In this document: piece by piece, positions 34,102-45,023 of the stretch | Layout of the letters: every line of letters starts with the position of its first letter | Position numbering within the stretch: position 1 is the first letter of the stretch | Sequence record: NC_014662.1 | DNA length: 64,000 nt | Reading direction: 5' to 3' (one strand) | From: Enterobacter phage CC31 | Program-made: the position numbers and the translations under genes | The notes under the pieces: model-generated | What the model saw: the letters and a program-made list of their open reading frames with translations, nothing else | The model's database searches: none | Told to the model about the DNA's origin: nothing

Positions 34102-35670
34102 ATGAAATTTGACGTCTTAAGTTTGTTCGCGCCGTGGGCCAAAGTCGACGAACAGGAATACGACCAGCAGCTAAATAATAATTTAGAGTCTATCACGGCC
34201 CCTAAATTTGATGACGGCGCGACAGAGATTGAATCGGAACGTGGAGACATTGCAGGCGCTGGATTATTCCAGAGAATGTACGGTCAAAATGAACCGGGAA
34301 TGAAAAACACCAGGGAGCTTATCGATACTTACCGTCAGTTAATGAATAACTACGAAGTAGATAATGCTGTCCAAGAAATCGTCTTAGATGCAATCGTATA
34401 TGAAGACGAACATCCAGTAGTTGCACTGGATTTAGATAAAACAAATTTTAGCCCAGCGATTAAAGACCGACTGCAAGAAGAATTTAATGAAGTTCTTACT
34501 TGTCTGAATTTCGAAAGAAAAGGTCTCGACCATTTCCGTCGCTGGTACGTCGATTCTCGTATCTTCTTCCATAAAATTATTAACCCTAAAAACCCGAAAG
34601 AAGGTATTCAAGAGCTTCGTCGTTTAGACCCTCGCAATATTCAGTTCGTTCGTGAAGTTATCACTGACACTGAAGCGGGCGTGAAAATCGTTAAAGGCTA
34701 CAAAGAATATTTCGTTTATAACACCGGTCACGAATCTTATCAATGTGACGGTCGAATTTACGACGCTGGAACAAAAATTAAAATTCCAAAGGCTGCAGTT
34801 GTTTATGCACACTCTGGATTAGTTGATTGCTCAGGAAGAAACATCATCGGTTATTTGCACCGAGCTGTTAAACCTGCAAACCAGCTTAAACTGCTTGAAG
34901 ACGCAATGGTGATTTATCGTATTACACGTGCACCAGACCGTCGAGTATTTTACATTGACACAGGGAATATGCCTTCCCGTAAAGCTGCTGCTCATATGCA
35001 ACACATCATGAACACCATGAAAAACCGTGTGGTATATGATGCATCTACTGGTAAGATTAAAAACCAGCAGCATAATATGTCAATGACAGAAGATTATTGG
35101 TTACAGCGTCGTGACGGTAAAGCTGTTACTGAAATCGATAATATGCCTGGTGCTACTGGTATGAACGAAATGGACGATGTCCGTTGGTTCAAGAACAACC
35201 TTTACCAAGCATTACGTGTTCCACTGTCTCGTATTCCGAACGACCAGCAAGGCGGAGTTCAATTCGATGCGGGTACAGGTATTACGCGTGACGAGTTACA
35301 GTTTGCTAAATTCATTCGTGAATTGCAGCATAAGTTCGAAGAAATTTTCCTCGACCCTCTTAGAACGAATCTTGTTTTAAAAGGCGTAATGAGCGAAGAT
35401 GATTGGAAAGATGAAATAAATAACATTAAGATAGTATTTCATCGTGACAGTTACTTCACTGAACTTAAAGATGCTGAAGTTACCGAACGCAGATTCAATA
35501 TGCTTCAAATGGCCGAACCGTTTATCGGTAAGTATATTTCTCACCAGACAGCTATGAAGACTATTCTTCAAATGACTGATGAACAAATTGAACAAGAGGC
35601 TAAGCAAATTGAGCTAGAGTCTAAAGAGGCTCGTTTCCAAGACCCAGACCAAGAACAAGAGGATTTCTAA
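34102..35670 (+). CDS. 20: gp20 portal vertex
   Basis: Start at [14 protein letters not shown] (ATG 34102 after GGAGA); track start at 34090 is a TTG. Confidence 0.95.
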   Translation: MKFDVLSLFAPWAKVDEQEYDQQLNNNLESITAPKFDDGATEIESERGDIAGAGLFQRMYGQNEPGMKNTRELIDTYRQLMNNYEVDNAVQEIVLDAIVYEDEHPVVALDLDKTNFSPAIKDRLQEEFNEVLTCLNFERKGLDHFRRWYVDSRIFFHKIINPKNPKEGIQELRRLDPRNIQFVREVITDTEAGVKIVKGYKEYFVYNTGHESYQCDGRIYDAGTKIKIPKAAVVYAHSGLVDCSGRNIIGYLHRAVKPANQLKLLEDAMVIYRITRAPDRRVFYIDTGNMPSRKAAAHMQHIMNTMKNRVVYDASTGKIKNQQHNMSMTEDYWLQRRDGKAVTEIDNMPGATGMNEMDDVRWFKNNLYQALRVPLSRIPNDQQGGVQFDAGTGITRDELQFAKFIRELQHKFEEIFLDPLRTNLVLKGVMSEDDWKDEINNIKIVFHRDSYFTELKDAEVTERRFNMLQMAEPFIGKYISHQTAMKTILQMTDEQIEQEAKQIELESKEARFQDPDQEQEDF

Positions 35671-35912
35671 TGGAAGATTTCATCTCCGCACTCAAATCCA
35701 ACGACCTCGTTAAAGCAAAGAAAGCCTTTGGTGCTATTATGCTTGAACAGACCGCTGATTTGATTAGCCAACGTCGTGTTGAGATTGCCCAATCTATTAT
35801 GATTGAAGGCGAAGAAAAAGAAGACGACGAAGACGAGAATGATGATTCTGAAGATGAAGGTAAAGAAAAACCTGAATCTAAAGATGAAAAAGATTCTGAA
35901 GACGAAGACTAA
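35670..35912 (+). CDS. 67: gp67 prohead core protein
   Basis: 80 aa, highly acidic C-terminus; between 20 and 68. Confidence 0.85.
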   Translation: MEDFISALKSNDLVKAKKAFGAIMLEQTADLISQRRVEIAQSIMIEGEEKEDDEDENDDSEDEGKEKPESKDEKDSEDED

Positions 35913-35927
35913 GAATAAGGAGTCGCA

Positions 35928-36353
35928 ATGCTGATTGTTCCTGATGAGTACGAAGTCGTACTTGAAAACATCGAAGCAGCTATTCCTGAAGCCGAATCTC
36001 GTTTTAAGCAGTTGTCAGAAGCTCTCGATAAAGCAGACATAAATACAATTGTAGAAAACATGTTGCCAATTGAACCTGAAGTAGCAATTGCTATGGGTTC
36101 ACTGAATGAAGAAATGCAGCTCAATGAATTTATCGTTAAGCATGTTTCTTCTCGTGGAGAAATTACGCGTACTAAAGACCGTAAAACCCGCGAGCGTCAA
36201 GCATTCCAAACAACTGGTTTATCTAAAGCTAAACGTCGCGCTATCGCTCGAAAAGTCGTTAAGTCCAAACGCGCTAATCCGTCTGGTACTGTACGAGGCA
36301 ACCGCAAACGTAAGAAAGCTATGAAACGTCGTCAGGCGTTAGGATTAAGCTAA
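35928..36353 (+). CDS. 68: gp68 prohead core protein
   Basis: 141 aa; synteny. Confidence 0.85.
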   Translation: MLIVPDEYEVVLENIEAAIPEAESRFKQLSEALDKADINTIVENMLPIEPEVAIAMGSLNEEMQLNEFIVKHVSSRGEITRTKDRKTRERQAFQTTGLSKAKRRAIARKVVKSKRANPSGTVRGNRKRKKAMKRRQALGLS

Positions 36354-36994
36354 TGAATGAACCCCAATTACTCATTGAGCATTGGGGTCAACCCGGCGAA
36401 ATTTTGAATGGCGTACCGATGCTTGAGTCATACGATGGCTCAGATGCTGGGCTAAAACCTGGATTATACATCGAAGGCGTGTTCATGCAAGCCGAAGTAG
36501 TTAACCGAAATAAGCGTCTTTATCCAAAGAGAGTGTTGGAAAAAGCCGTAGCTAATTATATTAAAGAGCAGGTTTCTACTAAACAAGCACTTGGAGAATT
36601 AAATCACCCACCACGTGCTAACGTTGACCCGATGCAAGCCGCAATCATCATCGAAGATATGTGGTGGAAAGGAAACGATGTTTATGGACGAGCTCGTATT
36701 ATTGAAGGTGACCACGGTCCTGGAGATAAACTCGCTGCAAACATTCGTGCTGGCTGGATTCCTGGAGTATCTAGTCGTGGACTAGGCTCATTAACGGAAA
36801 CCAATAAAGGCTACCGTATCGTAAACGAAGGATTTAAACTCACCGTTGGCGTTGATGCTGTGTGGGGACCTTCTGCACCAGATGCTTGGGTAACTCCGAA
36901 GCAGATTTCGGAATCCGCTGAGGCGCAAGTCGCCAAAAAGAATGACGATGAGTCATTTAAAGCTCTCGTAGAGAGTCTCGAAAAAGCATTATAA
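36353..36994 (+). CDS. 21: gp21 prohead core protease
   Basis: 213 aa (T4 212); synteny. Confidence 0.9.
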   Translation: MNEPQLLIEHWGQPGEILNGVPMLESYDGSDAGLKPGLYIEGVFMQAEVVNRNKRLYPKRVLEKAVANYIKEQVSTKQALGELNHPPRANVDPMQAAIIIEDMWWKGNDVYGRARIIEGDHGPGDKLAANIRAGWIPGVSSRGLGSLTETNKGYRIVNEGFKLTVGVDAVWGPSAPDAWVTPKQISESAEAQVAKKNDDESFKALVESLEKAL

Positions 36995-36997
36995 ATA
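36990..36997 (+). promoter_or_regulatory. Late promoter box TATAAATA for gene 22
   Basis: Exact TATAAATA overlapping gene 21 stop, 31 nt upstream of gene 22. Confidence 0.65.
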
Positions 36998-37027
36998 ATA
37001 ATGTAACTTAACAACAGGACTAACAAA

Positions 37028-37843
37028 ATGCTGAAAGACATCCTGCTCCAGGAAGCTCAGAATATTGAAGCTACCGTAGCTGTGGACAGTATTTTCGAAT
37101 CGGTCGAGCTTTCTCCGGAAGTAAAAGCGAAGTTCGAAACTGTATTCGAAGCAACTGTAAAGAAACATGCCGTTGAACTGGCTGAATCCCACATTACCAA
37201 AATTGCTGAAATGGCTGACGAAAAGCTGAAAGATGCTAAAGACGAAGCCGAAGAAAAAGCTGAAAAGAAACTGACTGAACATGCTTCTCGTTTCTTCAAT
37301 CACATCGCTCAAGAATGGATGAATGAAAACAAACTGGCTGTTGATAAAGGCATCAAAGCTGAACTGTTTGAATCCATGTTCGCTGGTATGAAAGAACTGT
37401 TCGTTGAACACAACGTTGTTCTGCCAGAAGAATCAGTTGATGTAGTTGCTGAAATGGAAGAAGAACTGGCTGAAGCTCGTGAAGAAATCAGCAATCTGTT
37501 CGAAGGTATTTCTGCTCGCGACGAAAAAATTAATACCATGCTGCGTGAAAGCGCTGTAATGGAATCAACTAAAGACTTGACCGACGTTCAGAAAGAGAAA
37601 GTAGCTTCTCTGACCGAAGGTATGGAATATTCCGACGAATTCTCAAGTAAGCTGTCTGCCATCGTCGAAATGGTTAAAGGCTCCGTCGAGAAAGAGGTAG
37701 TAAATGAAAGCATAAATACTACCGACAATGATGCTGACGGTCTCAACTTCATTACTGAAGAACATATTGAGCCAGAAGAAAAAGTATCAAAACAGCCATC
37801 GATGATGGACGCATACGTAGCCTCTGCGGCACGTCTTTCTTAA
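37028..37843 (+). CDS. 22: gp22 prohead scaffold
   Basis: 271 aa acidic coiled-coil; synteny. Confidence 0.9.
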   Translation: MLKDILLQEAQNIEATVAVDSIFESVELSPEVKAKFETVFEATVKKHAVELAESHITKIAEMADEKLKDAKDEAEEKAEKKLTEHASRFFNHIAQEWMNENKLAVDKGIKAELFESMFAGMKELFVEHNVVLPEESVDVVAEMEEELAEAREEISNLFEGISARDEKINTMLRESAVMESTKDLTDVQKEKVASLTEGMEYSDEFSSKLSAIVEMVKGSVEKEVVNESINTTDNDADGLNFITEEHIEPEEKVSKQPSMMDAYVASAARLS

Positions 37844-37865
37844 TTTTTAAAAGGTTATAAAACAC

Positions 37866-39428
37866 ATGAAAAAGATTAATCCGTTAGTAGAAAAATGGAC
37901 TCCGCTGCTTGAGAACGAAGCACTGCCTGAAATCGTTGGTGCTGGTAAAAAAGCTCTGATTGCAAAAATCATGGAAAACCAGGAATCAGCTATTAAAACT
38001 GAACCTGCATTCCGTGATGAAAAAATCGCTGAAGCATTTGGTTCGTTCCTGACTGAAGCAGAAATTGGTGGTGACCACGGTTATGATGCTCAGAACATCG
38101 CTGCTGGCCAAACCTCTGGTGCAGTAACTCAGATTGGACCAGCTGTTATGGGCATGGTACGTCGTGCAATTCCTAACCTGATTGCTTTCGACATCTGTGG
38201 TGTTCAGCCAATGAGTTCTCCTACCGGTCAGGTATTCGCTCTGCGTGCCGTTTACGGTAAAGACCCTCTGGCTGCTGGTGCTAAAGAAGCATTCCACCCA
38301 ATGTACGCTCCAGATGCAATGTTCTCTGGTCAGGGTGCTGCTGAGAAATTCGCTGCTGTAAAAGCTGCTGACGTTCTGACTGTTGGTACTATCGTAGTTC
38401 ACGATTTCGCTGATGTTGGTCGCGCTTACTTCCAGGTTGCTGAAGGTTTCACAGTAGATGCTGGTGCTACCGATGCTGAAAAACTGGATAAAGCAGTTAA
38501 AGCTGCTGAAGAAGCTGGTCAGCTGGTAGAAATCGCTGAAGGTATGGCTACCTCCGTAGCTGAACTGCAGGAAAACTTCAACGGTTCTACTGATAACCCA
38601 TGGAATGAAATGGGCTTCCGTATCGATAAACAAGTTATCGAAGCTAAATCCCGTCAGCTGAAAGCTCAGTACTCTATTGAACTGGCTCAAGATTTACGTG
38701 CTGTTCACGGTATGGACGCGGATGCTGAACTGTCTGGTATCCTGGCTACCGAAATCATGCTGGAAATCAACCGCGAAGTTGTAGATTGGATTAACTACTC
38801 TGCTCAACTGGGTAAAACCGGTATGACTCAGACTGTTGGTTCTAAAGCTGGTGTATTTGACTTCCAGGACCCAGTAGATATTCGTGGCGCTCGTTGGGCA
38901 GGTGAAAGCTTCAAAGCTCTGCTGTTCCAAATCGACAAAGAAGCTGCTGAAATCGCACGTCAGACTGGTCGTGGTGCTGGTAACTTCATCATCGCTTCTC
39001 GTAACGTAGTTAACGCTCTGGCAGCTGTTGATACTGGCGTTACTCCTGCTGCTCAGGGTCTGGGTCAAGGCTTCAATGCTGATACCACTAAGACTGTGTT
39101 CGCAGGTATTCTGGGCGGTCGTTATAAAGTATACATCGACCAGTACGCTCGTCAGGACTACTTCACCATTGGTTACAAAGGTGCTAACGAGATGGATGCT
39201 GGTATCTACTACGCTCCATACGTTGCTCTGACTCCACTGCGTGGTTCCGACCCTAAAAACTTCCAGCCAGTCATGGGCTTCAAAACCCGTTACGGTATTG
39301 GTATCAACCCGTTTGCTGATAGTGCATCACAGCAGCCGAATGCTCGCATTCAGTCTGGTATGCCTTCTATCGTCAACTCTGTTGGTAAGAACGCGTACTT
39401 CCGTCGCATCTGGGTTAAAGGTCTGTAA
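37866..39428 (+). CDS. 23: gp23 major capsid protein
   Basis: 520 aa; long stretches identical to remembered T4 gp23 (GAVTQIGPAVMGMVRRAIPNLIAFDICGVQPM). Confidence 0.97.
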   Translation: MKKINPLVEKWTPLLENEALPEIVGAGKKALIAKIMENQESAIKTEPAFRDEKIAEAFGSFLTEAEIGGDHGYDAQNIAAGQTSGAVTQIGPAVMGMVRRAIPNLIAFDICGVQPMSSPTGQVFALRAVYGKDPLAAGAKEAFHPMYAPDAMFSGQGAAEKFAAVKAADVLTVGTIVVHDFADVGRAYFQVAEGFTVDAGATDAEKLDKAVKAAEEAGQLVEIAEGMATSVAELQENFNGSTDNPWNEMGFRIDKQVIEAKSRQLKAQYSIELAQDLRAVHGMDADAELSGILATEIMLEINREVVDWINYSAQLGKTGMTQTVGSKAGVFDFQDPVDIRGARWAGESFKALLFQIDKEAAEIARQTGRGAGNFIIASRNVVNALAAVDTGVTPAAQGLGQGFNADTTKTVFAGILGGRYKVYIDQYARQDYFTIGYKGANEMDAGIYYAPYVALTPLRGSDPKNFQPVMGFKTRYGIGINPFADSASQQPNARIQSGMPSIVNSVGKNAYFRRIWVKGL

Positions 39429-39439
39429 TCCAATTAAAT

Positions 39440-39468
39440 GGGAGCCGCAAGGCTCCCATTGTTGTTTC
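39440..39468 (+). terminator. GCAA-tetraloop hairpin plus T-rich tail after gene 23
   Basis: gggagccGCAAggctccc followed by attgttgtttct. Confidence 0.6.
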
Positions 39469-39513
39469 TACGGATGATAAATAAAAGTATAATCCACTAG
39501 AGGAAAAGCGACG

Positions 39514-40797
39514 ATGGCTAACATCCATGACCTTCTGCGCGAATCAACTACAACGACGAGTTCAATTTCTGCCCGTCCTAGCCTCGTTGCATTGACTCGC
39601 GCTACTACTAAATTAATTTACTCTGATATTGTAGCTACTCAGCGTACTACTCAACCTACTGCTGCTTTCTACGGTATCAAATATTTGAACCCTAACAAAG
39701 AATTAACGTTCCTTACTGGTGCTACCTACGCAGGTCAAACTGGTACTGAGGACCGTAAATCTATTGAAACATTAACTGCTTCAAATAAAGATTCATTTGG
39801 CAAGGGTGATTTGTTCAAATACGATGACATTGTTTACAAAGTACTTGTAGATAATCCATTTGACCAGATTACTGAAACTGATTTAGAAGTTGTAATTCAG
39901 ATTTCTCTGGTTAAACTCACTACTCGTTTAATGTCTGACGCTGCTATCACTTCCAAGTTTGAAACTGCTGGAGCTGATATCGCTGAAGCTAAATTCCAAA
40001 TTGATAAATGGCAGACTCAAGTTAAATCTCGTAAACTTAAAACGAGCTTGACTGTTGAATTGGCCCAGGACCTTGAAGCTAATGGCTTTGATGCTTCCAA
40101 TTTTATCGATGATTTACTGGCTACTGAAATGGCCGATGAAATTAACAAAGACATTTTACAAAGTCTTGTGACAGTTTCAAAACGATATAAAGTTGAAGGT
40201 ATCACAGATACTGGATTCATCGATTTATCTTATGCATCTGCTCCAGAAGCTGGTCGTTCTCTGTATCGCATGGTATGCGAAATGGTTTCTCATATTCAGC
40301 GCTCAACATCCTTTACGGCAACATTCGCTGTAGCATCTACTCGTGCTGCTGCTGTTCTTGCTGCATCAGGTTGGTTGAAGCATAAACCTGAAGATGATGA
40401 TTATCTGTCACAGAACGCTTATGGTTTCCTGGCAAACGGTTTGCCTCTGTATTGCGATACTAACACTCCACTCGATTATGTAATCGTCGGTGTAGTAGAA
40501 GATATTGGTGATAAAGAAGTTGTATCGAGTATTTTCTATGCTCCATACACTGAAGGTATCGACCTTGATGACCCGGAACACGTTGGTGCATTTAAAGTAA
40601 TTGTTGACCCAGAAAGCTTACAGCCTTCTGTAGCTTTATTCGTTCGTTATGCATTGTCTGCTAACCCGTATACTGTAGCTAAAGATGAAAAGGAAGCTCG
40701 AATCATTGATGGCGGGGATATGGATAAGATGGCAGGACGTTCTGATTTATCAGTTCTTCTTGGTGTTAAGTTACCAAAAATCATCATTGAAGACTAA
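39514..40797 (+). CDS. 24: gp24 capsid vertex protein
   Basis: 427 aa (T4 427); gp23-like fold motifs. Confidence 0.92.
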   Translation: MANIHDLLRESTTTTSSISARPSLVALTRATTKLIYSDIVATQRTTQPTAAFYGIKYLNPNKELTFLTGATYAGQTGTEDRKSIETLTASNKDSFGKGDLFKYDDIVYKVLVDNPFDQITETDLEVVIQISLVKLTTRLMSDAAITSKFETAGADIAEAKFQIDKWQTQVKSRKLKTSLTVELAQDLEANGFDASNFIDDLLATEMADEINKDILQSLVTVSKRYKVEGITDTGFIDLSYASAPEAGRSLYRMVCEMVSHIQRSTSFTATFAVASTRAAAVLAASGWLKHKPEDDDYLSQNAYGFLANGLPLYCDTNTPLDYVIVGVVEDIGDKEVVSSIFYAPYTEGIDLDDPEHVGAFKVIVDPESLQPSVALFVRYALSANPYTVAKDEKEARIIDGGDMDKMAGRSDLSVLLGVKLPKIIIED

Positions 40798-40803
40798 AAG
40801 AAA

Positions 40804-40826
40804 GGGAACCTCACGGTTCCCTTTTG
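40804..40826. terminator. Bidirectional hairpin terminator between gene 24 and convergent minus-strand gene
   Basis: gggaaccTCACggttccc followed by tttt on plus and T-rich run on minus. Confidence 0.6.
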
Positions 40827-40829
40827 TAG

Positions 40830-41375
40830 TTATAAAGCAAATATATCGAATGTTGGTGCGTATTTTTCTTTAAATCTCTGATAGATTTCTTTCTCGTACA
40901 GATTGTAGCAAGGTATACCATGACGCTTGGCTATATCAACGGCCACTCGTGTCCCTCCAGTAACGCTAGAGAGTTTTATTGGAGCATAGAATAGTACCAT
41001 ATCCACAGGTGACTGGCAATCCTCTCCGAGCACCTGAAGTGCATTGCGGGCAAATAGAGTCTTCACTATATCCCGGCACTCATCCCAGTAGCTTGTCACT
41101 TCTCTTGCTTTAATTACACTCCTGATTCTCACTTCATTTGGAAAGTCTTTCCACACCTTTACTCCAACTCCAGTTTTAAGACCATTGAAGCCTTCGTATG
41201 GTATGATACGTAATGAACGTTCACGGTCGTATCTACTGAGCCATGATTCATCTGCACCAGGAGCACCTCCCGAATACGAAAAATGGCCTGACTCCGAAAG
41301 AGCCTGACCAGTTAATGACATGACATCTAAAACACGACGTGGCGTCTCTCGAGAACCGATTAACGCCAAACGCAT
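40830..41375 (-). CDS. DprA/Smf-like Rossmann (SLOG-type) protein
   Basis: 181 aa; LALIGSRETP and SGGAPGADESW resemble DprA motifs (GSR; SGxARGxD); no T4 counterpart recalled at this position. Confidence 0.5.
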   Translation of the reverse strand: MRLALIGSRETPRRVLDVMSLTGQALSESGHFSYSGGAPGADESWLSRYDRERSLRIIPYEGFNGLKTGVGVKVWKDFPNEVRIRSVIKAREVTSYWDECRDIVKTLFARNALQVLGEDCQSPVDMVLFYAPIKLSSVTGGTRVAVDIAKRHGIPCYNLYEKEIYQRFKEKYAPTFDIFAL

Positions 41376-42379
41376 TAGTTACTTACCAGTTCAATCCAAA
41401 CTGGACGAATTACGCCTTGCACGTAATTGACAAGTTCTTTCTTGACTACATCAGGATTATCAGCGTCAGTAATGAAGATTTCTTCACGGCCAGCTTCTTC
41501 CAGAATATCCTGGACAGTAAGACCCATAACTTTACCAAAGTCCTTTGGACCAACTTGGCCAATCTTACTGATAACGTTATTGACTCGGTTCAGAGTAGCA
41601 TAAGCTGCCAGCGTAGAGAAAGCAACCTTATCAACATCAGTTAATTCAACCTTAGCTTTAATAGGCTTATCGGATTTAGCTTTCTCAGAGAACTTGGAGT
41701 TCTTGCATTTAATAGCTACGCGAGAACCATTAGGGAAAAATTTAGGGTAGCATGGTTTCAGAACGTAGCCTTCGGCGATATTACTTTCTGATACAACCGC
41801 TTGGAATGGCATAGTATTAGCTTCTTCAAGACCATGAGCTTCAATAGCTTGATTATAGCGATTAACTACAACATCCAGCATATTAGGAATTTGAATCAGG
41901 TCATCGAATTTACCACGGCCCAGAAGTGGAGCCATTTTAAACCCAAAGACGTTACACATACGTTCCATCATAAAATCATCAACGTAAGACGATTCACCTG
42001 ATTCGGTAGTCACTTTAATATCAAAGACGTAGAAGTCTTTTTCACCGTAATCAACACCCTTCTGAATTCCGCCGCCAGCAAATTCACCAAAGATTTGATA
42101 AGCTACTGTAGCACCAGTCAGTGCAGCTTGAACAGCTTTAAAGGACTCGTTATAACGACCCATGATAACCATATAGCCAAAGAAGTCTTCTGCTGGCAGA
42201 ATAGGACCAGTACGCTTGGCAGGTTGGATGCTATCTTTAGTTACGATAACAGAGAAGTTAGTGCCGTGAATTTTCTCACGCGCTACCCAAGTTTCAGAGA
42301 CATCAAAACCAGCATTACGAATACGCTCAATGAATTTACCGTTGTAGTGGTTCTCGAGCGTTGAATATTTCTCAAACAT
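41375..42379 (-). CDS. rnlB: RNA ligase 2 (Rnl2)
   Basis: 334 aa (T4 334); adenylylation site [13 protein letters not shown]; [25 protein letters not shown] match T4 Rnl2. Confidence 0.95.
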   Translation of the reverse strand: MFEKYSTLENHYNGKFIERIRNAGFDVSETWVAREKIHGTNFSVIVTKDSIQPAKRTGPILPAEDFFGYMVIMGRYNESFKAVQAALTGATVAYQIFGEFAGGGIQKGVDYGEKDFYVFDIKVTTESGESSYVDDFMMERMCNVFGFKMAPLLGRGKFDDLIQIPNMLDVVVNRYNQAIEAHGLEEANTMPFQAVVSESNIAEGYVLKPCYPKFFPNGSRVAIKCKNSKFSEKAKSDKPIKAKVELTDVDKVAFSTLAAYATLNRVNNVISKIGQVGPKDFGKVMGLTVQDILEEAGREEIFITDADNPDVVKKELVNYVQGVIRPVWIELVSN

Positions 42380-42387
42380 ATTTCACC

Positions 42388-42648
42388 TTAGAATTTAATT
42401 TTGAAAGATTTGCCCTGGTAGTCAGAATTGAACTCATAAGAGAACTTTTCTTTATTCAGGAATCCTTTTATAGCGGTTTCATGAGAATACCACTCACTTG
42501 GAATAATATAAAGGGCTTCAAACTTGCCGCGGGCGGCAGCGTCGCGAAGATGGTCTTCAATATGGGTTTGAACTTCTTTTGGTAAATTTGTATTAGCTGA
42601 CTCAGCCATATTCCTGTAGAAATTAGCAAGACTCATTATAATCACCAT
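42388..42648 (-). CDS. Hypothetical protein (T4 24.2 position)
   Basis: 86 aa ORF. Confidence 0.5.
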   Translation of the reverse strand: MVIIMSLANFYRNMAESANTNLPKEVQTHIEDHLRDAAARGKFEALYIIPSEWYSHETAIKGFLNKEKFSYEFNSDYQGKSFKIKF

Positions 42649-42750
42649 ATAAATATCAATAATTAGGGAGGGTTCTATCCTTCTATCGTCAAGCGTATGT
42701 ACTAGAAAGAATCCGTGAAACCATTATACCACGCGGATTCTTTAAGCATA

Positions 42751-43332
42751 TTATAGAGGGATTACTTTATACTTCTTATTGCCACGAGCATCACGCTTAC
42801 AAACTAATTTGCACTTCATGCCGCTTGTGATAGTGTAATCTTCATCAACCTTCATCCGCATCCAGTCTAATACCATTCCAGATGGGTTCAAAGATTTTTC
42901 AACTTCAACCATAATTTTAGTGCCAGACTTATAAAACTTAGATTCTTGTTGCTCATAGTCAGATAGTGCGCGAGCAAACGCAGATGGGCTTAAGAATTTA
43001 TTATAACCGTGAGCAGCAGCCACAAATGTATTATCTAAAGCATGTTTGATATTTTTGATTACGACTGTTGCGTAACCGATGTGTTTTTCTGGATAGTGAG
43101 TCATTACAAAGTCCTCATGAACTGCGAAAGTTTTTTGATGACGAGATTTTACATCAACATTTGATAAGCGTTTACGATAAACCACTTTCTCTTTTCGTTT
43201 AGATTTAGCTTTTGCCGATTCAACTTTAGCATAATATAAAGCTGCTTCTTCGGGTTTAATACCCGCTTCTCTCGCAATTTCAATAAAACTCAATCCGCAC
43301 TCATGCTTAAAATGAATCTCAATCGGTGTCAT
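42751..43332 (-). CDS. Hypothetical protein (T4 24.3 position), possible N-terminal HTH
   Basis: 193 aa ORF; basic. Confidence 0.5.
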   Translation of the reverse strand: MTPIEIHFKHECGLSFIEIAREAGIKPEEAALYYAKVESAKAKSKRKEKVVYRKRLSNVDVKSRHQKTFAVHEDFVMTHYPEKHIGYATVVIKNIKHALDNTFVAAAHGYNKFLSPSAFARALSDYEQQESKFYKSGTKIMVEVEKSLNPSGMVLDWMRMKVDEDYTITSGMKCKLVCKRDARGNKKYKVIPL

Positions 43333-43385
43333 GGTAATATCCTACAGTAAAAGATGTTGATATAATACCACTCTCCAGAAAAAGC

Positions 43386-43412
43386 AAAAGGAGCCTTCGG
43401 GCTCCTTTTAAT
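43386..43412 (-). terminator. UUCG hairpin terminator downstream of hoc
   Basis: ggagccTTCGggctcc flanked by T-runs on both strands. Confidence 0.55.
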
Positions 43413-44218
43413 AGATGATACCAGCTTCTAAAGCTGAACGATGAACAATACGTCCATTACGTGATTCTTGAACATCAACTTCAGGGTAGTCTTCAATCAT
43501 TTTAGCTAACGTAGCCAAATGACAGTAATAAGGAGTATCAGAAGCGGTTGCAGTTTTCCAGTCTTTACCTTCTTCAGTAAGTTTCTGAATTGCATCCATA
43601 ACCCACCAACCAGCCCAGATATAAGCACTAGAGCGATGCGGAAGTGGATGAACATAGAGAATTGGGCATTCGTCTGGAACAACTGGCTCGGCAGCTTCAA
43701 CTGTAATATTCAGCACATTTGAAGTTTTAACAGTGTCTTCGTATCCAGTTGCTTTAGCAGTTACTTCACATGTTAAAGCAACATTTCCTTCCGTTTGAGC
43801 TACTGCACTAATATCAGCCGTAGTTTCTCCGGTTGACCATTTGTAAGCAAGAGTTGCTCCTGATGGTTGACCTGTTACTCCACAGGTTGCACTATAGCTT
43901 TCACCAACTTTAACAGTTTGAGACTGAGCTGAAATAGTAACAGTAAGATTCATAACGTCATTTACTGTTAAGTTAGTAGTTGCGGTTTGAATATCGTCTG
44001 GGTCTTCACCAGCTTTAGTGGTTGAAGTAACTTTAACTACTTTAGTTCCAGCCGAGTCAGCGGTGTAATCCAAAGTATCAGTCACAGATGATTGTACTAC
44101 AACCATTCATAAGTTATAGTTGCTCCTTCTGGCGCTCCGTTAACAGTTGCTGTAAACTGTTGTGAATCTCCAACTTTGATAGTGGGATTTAGAGGAGTTA
44201 AATCTACTGTAGTAGCCA
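43408..44218 (-). pseudogene. hoc: hoc (Ig-like outer capsid protein) interrupted by frameshift
   Basis: N-terminal frame MATTVDLTPLNP..ITYEWL stops at 44099..44097; remainder runs in the other frame from ATG 44106; C-terminal ECPILYVHPLPHRSSAYIWAGWWVMD..DYPEVDVQESRNG matches T4 Hoc capsid-binding domain. Confidence 0.7.
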
Positions 44219-44252
44219 TATAATTTCCATTATTTAAGAGGGACAAGCCCTC

Positions 44253-45008
44253 TTATGATAAAGTTACAAATGAAGAGTTTCGGGTTTCTCTTACTTGAAC
44301 TGAACCATTACGTTTGATGTAATAAATCAAGCTCAAAAGAGTTTGATGAGCAGTAGGATGCTCAAATGACAGTGGTCTAGATTTCCAATCTGGATTTTCA
44401 AGAATCCACTGATAAATCCACCAAGGAAGAGTAGCATAACCTGGATTACGCCCAATTAAATGCAGAGATGGACTGAAATCAGCCGGAAGCTCGAATGTGT
44501 CAGTTTCAATAACTTTGACAACTTTATCCATAGCTTCATTAAATTCATCTTGGGTCATATTCCCTACTGGAATTTTATGAACTTCGCCGTCATCTGAAAC
44601 TGCAATAACAGAATCACCAATCGGAGCTTCAAGGATTACACCTTTAACTGAGTCCATTGGCTTACCAAAATGAGGGTCGATATCAGTTACTTTCACTTGT
44701 GGTGCGTCAGCAGATACAGAATCAATCAATAGACGAGCTTCTTCTTTAGCTTCATCTTTAAAAATAGCAGTGCCTTTGGCTTCATCATCAGCTTGAATGA
44801 GGTCATAAATTGAAAGACCGTCATTATCTTCTGGCATAGGTTCTTCTGCTAGTTTAGCCAATTCGACTTCAAGGTCAGCGACCATATTGTCGAAGGCTTT
44901 AGTTTTCTTCAGCTTAATACCGAAGGTTTCAGCGTACTCGGCAAGCTTCTCTTTGGCTTCTTTTTTCTCAAGTGCACCGATTTCAGCAATATAATCTTTA
45001 TCTAACAT
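44253..45008 (-). CDS. inh: Inh-like protein (prohead protease inhibitor position)
   Basis: Start set at MLDKDYIAEIGAL; position between hoc and uvsW as T4 inh; identity not verified by motif. Confidence 0.6.
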   Translation of the reverse strand: MLDKDYIAEIGALEKKEAKEKLAEYAETFGIKLKKTKAFDNMVADLEVELAKLAEEPMPEDNDGLSIYDLIQADDEAKGTAIFKDEAKEEARLLIDSVSADAPQVKVTDIDPHFGKPMDSVKGVILEAPIGDSVIAVSDDGEVHKIPVGNMTQDEFNEAMDKVVKVIETDTFELPADFSPSLHLIGRNPGYATLPWWIYQWILENPDWKSRPLSFEHPTAHQTLLSLIYYIKRNGSVQVRETRNSSFVTLS

Positions 45009-45023
45009 AGTAGCCTCGTTGTG

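Noticed and set aside
37986-39068. Long minus-strand ORFs (234 and 124 aa) inside gene 23
   Set aside because: They lie antisense to the highly conserved major capsid gene and are Ser/Thr/Cys-rich with no start context; the same reasoning applies to other track ORFs antisense to named genes (for example 10082..10393, 11722..12135, 20786..21175, 22079..22360, 36989..37411, 51480..51893)
39471-39513. Possible late promoter upstream of gene 24 (gataaata)
   Set aside because: Not an exact TATAAATA; left unannotated, as with the imperfect boxes upstream of genes 23, 13, wac and e
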